Virus record (IMG/VR): IMGVR_UViG_3300022188_000012
Span: 1 to 59,839 of that record
Length of the DNA: 59,839 nucleotides
Reading direction: 5' to 3' (one strand)
From: a virus
Lineage: Duplodnaviria; Caudoviricetes
Part shown: in pieces, positions 55,227 through 59,839 of the stretch
Numbering within the stretch: position 1 is the first letter of the stretch
Layout: each line of letters begins with the position of its first letter
The notes under the pieces: model-generated
Database searches by the model: none
The model's input: only the letters and a program-made list of their open reading frames with translations
What the model was told of the DNA's origin: nothing
Made by a program: the position numbers and the translations under genes

Positions 55227-55655
55227 AACGGTGCGGTTTCGCAAAGGCGAAGTGCGGTATTGTGGCGCCACAGCATTGTACGGTGACGTGGTGGAGTAGT
55301 AAGGTTCAGCAGAGGTAAAGCCAGGTGAGGTGACGGCTAAGCCATGCCTTGCGTAGAGAAGCGAAGGAACCGCACAGTGCAGCCAAGGTCTTGTTTCGTA
55401 AGGTCCAGGGCGTAAGGGCAAGATAAAGCGAAGTGCCGTAAAGGAGGAGTTACGCGATGTACTGGCAAGGCCAGGTGAAGTGACGGCAATCTATTGCGAT
55501 GTAACGGTGACGTCAGGTAAGTCACCGTGAGGTGGCGGTGAGGTCAAGCAAACCAGCGTTAGGGAACAGCGGGGTTAGGAAACGTAAAGGCAATGCATAG
55601 TTGGACTAAGCGTCGGCAACGCTGGGCAAAGCTACGTCTAAGCAAGGCAGAGTAA
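55227..55655 (+). ncRNA. Putative non-coding guide-like RNA array of NGYNN pentamers
   Basis: About 80 phased pentamers in blocks of mostly 21/26/31 nt; no + strand ORF in the track; directly after the RAMP stop codon. Confidence 0.65.
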
Positions 55656-55679
55656 ACTATCTTTTCGTAGAGGTACACA

Positions 55680-56267
55680 ATGATAGTGATCACAGGAACA
55701 GGGAGAGCGGGGACAACCTTTCTAGTAAGCTTGTTCACGCTCTTGGGATTTAGGACAGGCTTTTCTAAAGAGGAAGTGCTCAAGACTAACTGGGGTTGGA
55801 AGCCTGGAGACGTGACAAGGGCTGGCTTAGAGAAAGAATGGTGGCAGGATCTTGATGTTGTCAAGAGCCCTTCTTTCTGCTACAGCATCCACGAGATCAT
55901 TGAGGCCAAGGAAGTCGAGTGCGTTCTCGTCCCGATGAGAGATCTTGATAAGGCTGCGAAGTCACGGATAGTGAACCAAGAACGTGCTGGCACAACATCG
56001 CCTGTGGCAGGGGGCTTTATCGGAGGGGCCACAGACCTGGAAACGCAAAAGAGGGTTTTGTTAGAGATGGTTTACAGCTTGTGCTTGTCCGTGGCTCGGT
56101 CTTTTGTTCCTGTGGTGTTCTTGGAGTTTCCAAGGTTCATCAATGACAGCGGATATTTGTTCAGAAAACTGACAGAGCAGGCCAAGATAGACCTAAACAG
56201 CGACGACTTCAACGAGGCCTTCACAAGGCTGTCAAGGCCTGAGTTAGTGGAGAGTTGGAATGAATAG
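55680..56267 (+). CDS. Sulfotransferase-like P-loop protein
   Basis: ITGTGRAGTT PAPS-binding-like loop, VVKSP, MRD. Confidence 0.65.
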   Translation: MIVITGTGRAGTTFLVSLFTLLGFRTGFSKEEVLKTNWGWKPGDVTRAGLEKEWWQDLDVVKSPSFCYSIHEIIEAKEVECVLVPMRDLDKAAKSRIVNQERAGTTSPVAGGFIGGATDLETQKRVLLEMVYSLCLSVARSFVPVVFLEFPRFINDSGYLFRKLTEQAKIDLNSDDFNEAFTRLSRPELVESWNE

Positions 56268-58365
56268 GAAGAGGTTTTCAGTAGTCATCCCTTACATTGA
56301 TGGAGGGGTTCCTCATGCGATGAAGCTCCTCCCTTCTCTAAAGAGGAGCAGTCTGAAGCCGAGGGAGATCATCTTTGCAGGGGCAGCCACAGACGGGACG
56401 ACGGAGTGGCTCAAGGCCCAGGAAGGGGTCACCATCGTGGAGAATCCAGGTGGTCCATCCCCTTACGGGGATAACGTCAACTTAGGTGTGCGCTTCGCCA
56501 AAGAAGAATGGGTCTTTGTCCTCAACATCGACACCATCGTTGGAGAGGAGTTCTTTGAGCGAATGTTGAGGGACCCCGGATCTGGGATGACAGGTCCTCT
56601 CTCAAATTGGGTTTTGCCGGACCAGCAGGTCAAGCCTGCCCGTCCCAAGGAGGTGGAGGCCATCAACGCCTCCCTGAAGGGGAGGCCCACACAGGATGCG
56701 CCCATCATCTCAGGCCTGGCGTTCTTGATCAGAAAGGAGACCTTCCTCTCCGTTGGAGGGTTTGACCCCTCGTTGAAAAACGGGGACGAGGACACAGACC
56801 TAAGCCTCAGGCTCCTGAAGGAGGGGTACACAAATAGGATCGCTTATGACACCTACATTTGGCATGAAGGCGGCCAAGGAGGGGTGCATAACCGACATCT
56901 CCTGGCGGAGAAACACCACTCCACGGAGTGGAGGATTGGATGTTATGTGAGGGTTAAAGCGGAGAGGGAAGAGGTCGAGCGCTGGCTGAGGAGGCACTAC
57001 CCCATCTTTGACGAGATCATCTTTGTCGATGACGGGTCACCCTTTGACTGGGAGGAGGTCCGATCCCGATGGGGAGAGATCACTGTCATCCACGGGGCAG
57101 AGGGCCTCTCAGAAGGGGAGCAGCGGGCCATAGGGATTGCGGTGGCCCGCCAAAAAGGGGTTACTGCTCTTGTTAACCTAGACCACGATGAGTTCCTGGA
57201 GCCAAAGGTCACACGAGAAGAGTTGGTCCGCCTCCTCTCCCTCCCATTGCCAACAACTCTGGGATTCGTTGCTAGGTTTCTTCATTTGTGGAACTCCCCA
57301 AACCAGTTCAACGTGGGTTATCCTCCTCATGAGCACTTGTTCATGATCAGGCTGTTGCCTGGGATCAGATACAGGTTTGACCCGTCCAAGAGGTTCCACG
57401 TCCCCAGGCTTCCACAGTTGACCAAATCCGCCATGGTGCCAACCAACATCAGGATTGTGCACGAGGGCTACATGGACCCTGTTGTCAGGGAAAGGAAGAG
57501 AAGGTTCTACGAAGAGGGTGATTCCATCAAGGACCCAGTGGACATCGGGGAAGAGGGATATGCGCATATGACAGATCAGCGCAGGCTGACCTTGGGCGAG
57601 TGGACCGGAAGGTCGGAGGACTACACAATTTCTGGGAACATGATGGCAGAAAGAGAGGAGCCCTACACCCTTCAGATTGCTCTTGAGACCCTTGCTCCCA
57701 TCACGGATGACCTCGTTCTGAGGGTTAGTCCCGACAGGGAGGATTTGGCAGCCATTGGAAGAAGGTTCGAGGCCACCCTCATTAGGACAGCCTGGAAACG
57801 AGACTTCGCGGCTCACAGAAATGAAATGCTTGCGAGGTCAAAAGGATCTTATGTCTTCTATCTTGACCCAGATGAGCAACTCCCTTGGCCAGGAGAGGTC
57901 CCTGAGATTGTGAACTACAGGCCCTCAGGAGCGATTTTCACGATCTCCCATCCTGGAGGGCTCAACTCCAAAGCGATTAGGTTGTTCCGCAGAGAGGGCG
58001 CCGTCTTCGACGGGATGGTGCATGAGCACGTCAAGGTCAGACGACCAGTTCGCGCAAAGGGCACGATCATCCATCTAAGGCGGCCACTCCAACGCTACAG
58101 GGAGATGAATAGGGAGATGATAAGGATGTGCCCCAAAGATCCGCGACCTTGGTTCGATGAGGGGTTGAGGACAATCCTCGACGGGAACTTCCCGAAAGGG
58201 GTGGCGTTGATCAGGAAGGCCATCAGGCTTGCGCCCGATGAAAGAGAAATGAAGGCGGCCTTGGTGAGAGTGCTTCTCACCTGGGCTAAGCTCCTTGCGA
58301 AAGAGAGCGGCGTTAACGTTCCGGATAAGTTTCATGATGAAACTTGCTCAGGGATGCCCAACTGA
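56260..58365 (+). CDS. Multi-domain GT2 glycosyltransferase with C-terminal TPR-like repeat
   Basis: FSVVIP...LNID...GGFD...EDTDLSLR; VDDGS...LDHDE; DFAAHRN...LDPDE...VHE. Confidence 0.85.
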   Translation: MNRKRFSVVIPYIDGGVPHAMKLLPSLKRSSLKPREIIFAGAATDGTTEWLKAQEGVTIVENPGGPSPYGDNVNLGVRFAKEEWVFVLNIDTIVGEEFFERMLRDPGSGMTGPLSNWVLPDQQVKPARPKEVEAINASLKGRPTQDAPIISGLAFLIRKETFLSVGGFDPSLKNGDEDTDLSLRLLKEGYTNRIAYDTYIWHEGGQGGVHNRHLLAEKHHSTEWRIGCYVRVKAEREEVERWLRRHYPIFDEIIFVDDGSPFDWEEVRSRWGEITVIHGAEGLSEGEQRAIGIAVARQKGVTALVNLDHDEFLEPKVTREELVRLLSLPLPTTLGFVARFLHLWNSPNQFNVGYPPHEHLFMIRLLPGIRYRFDPSKRFHVPRLPQLTKSAMVPTNIRIVHEGYMDPVVRERKRRFYEEGDSIKDPVDIGEEGYAHMTDQRRLTLGEWTGRSEDYTISGNMMAEREEPYTLQIALETLAPITDDLVLRVSPDREDLAAIGRRFEATLIRTAWKRDFAAHRNEMLARSKGSYVFYLDPDEQLPWPGEVPEIVNYRPSGAIFTISHPGGLNSKAIRLFRREGAVFDGMVHEHVKVRRPVRAKGTIIHLRRPLQRYREMNREMIRMCPKDPRPWFDEGLRTILDGNFPKGVALIRKAIRLAPDEREMKAALVRVLLTWAKLLAKESGVNVPDKFHDETCSGMPN
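58327..58345. promoter_or_regulatory. Phage palindrome AAGTTTCATGATGAAACTT
   Basis: 26 of 27 nt identical to the 21204-21230 context. Confidence 0.7.
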
Positions 58366-58433
58366 AGACGTTGTAAATGCAAAGCGTATCCTTGTTGAGC
58401 GTACGTACCTGGCGACTCCTGGAGGAGGACACC

Positions 58434-58988
58434 ATGCAGCTCCACGACGACCTTTTCAACATGAGGGCAAGATTTTATGAGGAGAGCTCTCGACGACGAG
58501 CAGACTCGTCCAGGGAGCTCCTCAAAGGACTGCTGGTTGTCCTCGCGTTGAAAGAGGACTCCTTCAAACTGTCGTCAGGCGCCCTCAGCAGGTGGTATGT
58601 TGATGCGAGAATGGTGACGACCCACCCTATCGGGGCAAGGCTGGTCGCAGAGGAAATGGCAGCTTGCATTAGAGAAGTGGATGCAGTCGGCGAGCCTGAG
58701 TTGGGGACGGTCCCGATCTTGGGCGCCCTCGCTGCCCTCAAGGGGTATCCCACCTTCATTGTCAGGAAGCAGCCTAAGGGACATGGGCTGGGCAAGATGG
58801 TTGAGGGCCACCTCGGCCAAAGGGTTGCCCTCATCGACGATGTCGCTACCACAGGCCACTCTCTGGAGAGAGCGATTGATATCTTAAAGGGCGCCCAGAT
58901 CGAGGTTGTGAAGGTTCTCATCCTCGTGAGTCGTGGATGGGAAGGGGAGGCTATCTTCACCTTAGAAGAGCTCACCACAAACAGCTAA
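58434..58988 (+). CDS. pyrE: Orotate phosphoribosyltransferase
   Basis: FKLSSG...YVD, VRKQPKGHG, PRPP motif LIDDVATTG. Confidence 0.85.
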   Translation: MQLHDDLFNMRARFYEESSRRRADSSRELLKGLLVVLALKEDSFKLSSGALSRWYVDARMVTTHPIGARLVAEEMAACIREVDAVGEPELGTVPILGALAALKGYPTFIVRKQPKGHGLGKMVEGHLGQRVALIDDVATTGHSLERAIDILKGAQIEVVKVLILVSRGWEGEAIFTLEELTTNS

Positions 58989-59021
58989 CTTGTCTAGGGA
59001 CCCCCCAAAGGAGGTACAGAA

Positions 59022-59291
59022 ATAAAGGAACTCAAAATCCTAGGACACCGTTGCAAAGACAAAGTCACAGGTCTCAGAGGCGTAGCTACATCTGTGAGCT
59101 TCGACCCCTACGGATGTGTTCAAGTCCTGATTCATCCTGGGCTCAAAGAAGATGGATCACCTGCAGCTCAGCATTGGCTCGACTACAGCAGGCTGGAGGT
59201 CATATCAGAAGAGCCCGTCATGGAGGCTCCTTTCGGGAGCAAAGGCCCAGCACCCAAGCCTACGCCTCCAGTTCTAGAAAACTCTATCTAG
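59022..59291 (+). CDS. Phage hypothetical protein, apparent ATA start
   Basis: GGAGGT RBS upstream of in-frame ATA; LGHRCKDKVTGLRGVATSVSFDPYGC. Confidence 0.55.
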   Translation: MKELKILGHRCKDKVTGLRGVATSVSFDPYGCVQVLIHPGLKEDGSPAAQHWLDYSRLEVISEEPVMEAPFGSKGPAPKPTPPVLENSI

Positions 59292-59334
59292 CACACAAGC
59301 CCCACCCTCAAGCCTAAGGTTCAGCCTGTCAACG

Positions 59335-59640
59335 GGGGTCCTCAAGGAGGACCCCTTAGACGGGTTGAAGGATCTTCCTTCAAAGATCACATAGAGTCTC
59401 TTCAGGGCCACCTCAGACAAGCTAGCAGCTCACCCTTGGCAGATCTGTTGGAATGGGCGCACTCAGGGAGTGCGCCCACACAGATAAGCTGGCAGCTCTC
59501 ACCAAGACTGGTGTCTCCTGTCTATCTAGATCTAGATGCTTGATCTAGAAAGTGCCTCTTGCCTCTCTCCGCACTCGTCTAGATCTAGATAGATAGAACG
59601 AGGTCAACTTGGGAAATGGGGCGCACCTTCAGGTGCGCCC
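59335..59640. repeat. Cluster of inverted repeats in right non-coding end
   Basis: ggggtcctc/gaggacccc (59335-59355); two GGGCGCAC..GTGCGCCC hairpins (59454-59478, 59619-59640); 16-bp inverted repeat 59521-59536/59578-59593. Confidence 0.65.
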
Positions 59641-59793
59641 ACTAGACAAGATTGCCGAGAAAGTGCCCATCTGGGTGTGGGTTTGAGGGGTCTCAGAGGC
59701 CGCAACCGTGTTGCGGACGGGTAAGTGGGCGTCAGGGTTGAGGATTTGGGATGTTTGCGTTTTGGGCCGGATTTTTGGTGTAGGGGCGGGATA

Positions 59794-59839
<46 letters not shown>

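Noticed and set aside
55170-55525. Minus-strand ORFs 55170-55421 and 55337-55525
   Set aside because: Low-complexity Pro/Arg/Leu translations of the pentamer array, no RBS, antisense to the operon
55227-55655. Canonical CRISPR array next to the Cas7-like gene
   Set aside because: There are no identical 23-47 nt direct repeats with spacers; the periodicity is 5 nt with variable content

Overview
This window is very probably a near-complete ~60 kb genome of a tailed (siphovirus-like) bacteriophage. Almost all genes lie on the + strand, with strong GGAGG ribosome-binding sites and sigma70-type promoters. Gene order from left to right: (1) a non-coding left end with IHF-like and Rex-like boxes and short repeats, plus a three-gene leftward operon; (2) an early region with about 30 divergent paralogs of a 60-85 aa beta-rich protein in two tandem arrays, flanking a MoxR-type AAA+/vWA pair; (3) a replication module (Hel308-like helicase, Cas4-like nuclease, Sak4-like ATPase, DUF669, ParB-methyltransferase, UDG-PolA with an intein, DUF3987); (4) terminase, portal, S49 protease, capsid, neck and tail genes with a -1 frameshift chaperone and a 1610 aa tape measure; (5) adhesin-like and signal-peptide proteins; (6) lysis genes; (7) an accessory end with glycosyl/sulfotransferases and PyrE. 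The standout is a stand-alone RAMP/Cas7-like gene (54624-55226). It is followed immediately by a ~430 nt non-coding array of about 80 NGYNN pentamers grouped mostly in 21/26/31-nt blocks, a candidate non-CRISPR RNA-guided system. I found no integrase, tRNA, rRNA or canonical CRISPR array. All family calls come from motif recognition by eye, not from database searches.
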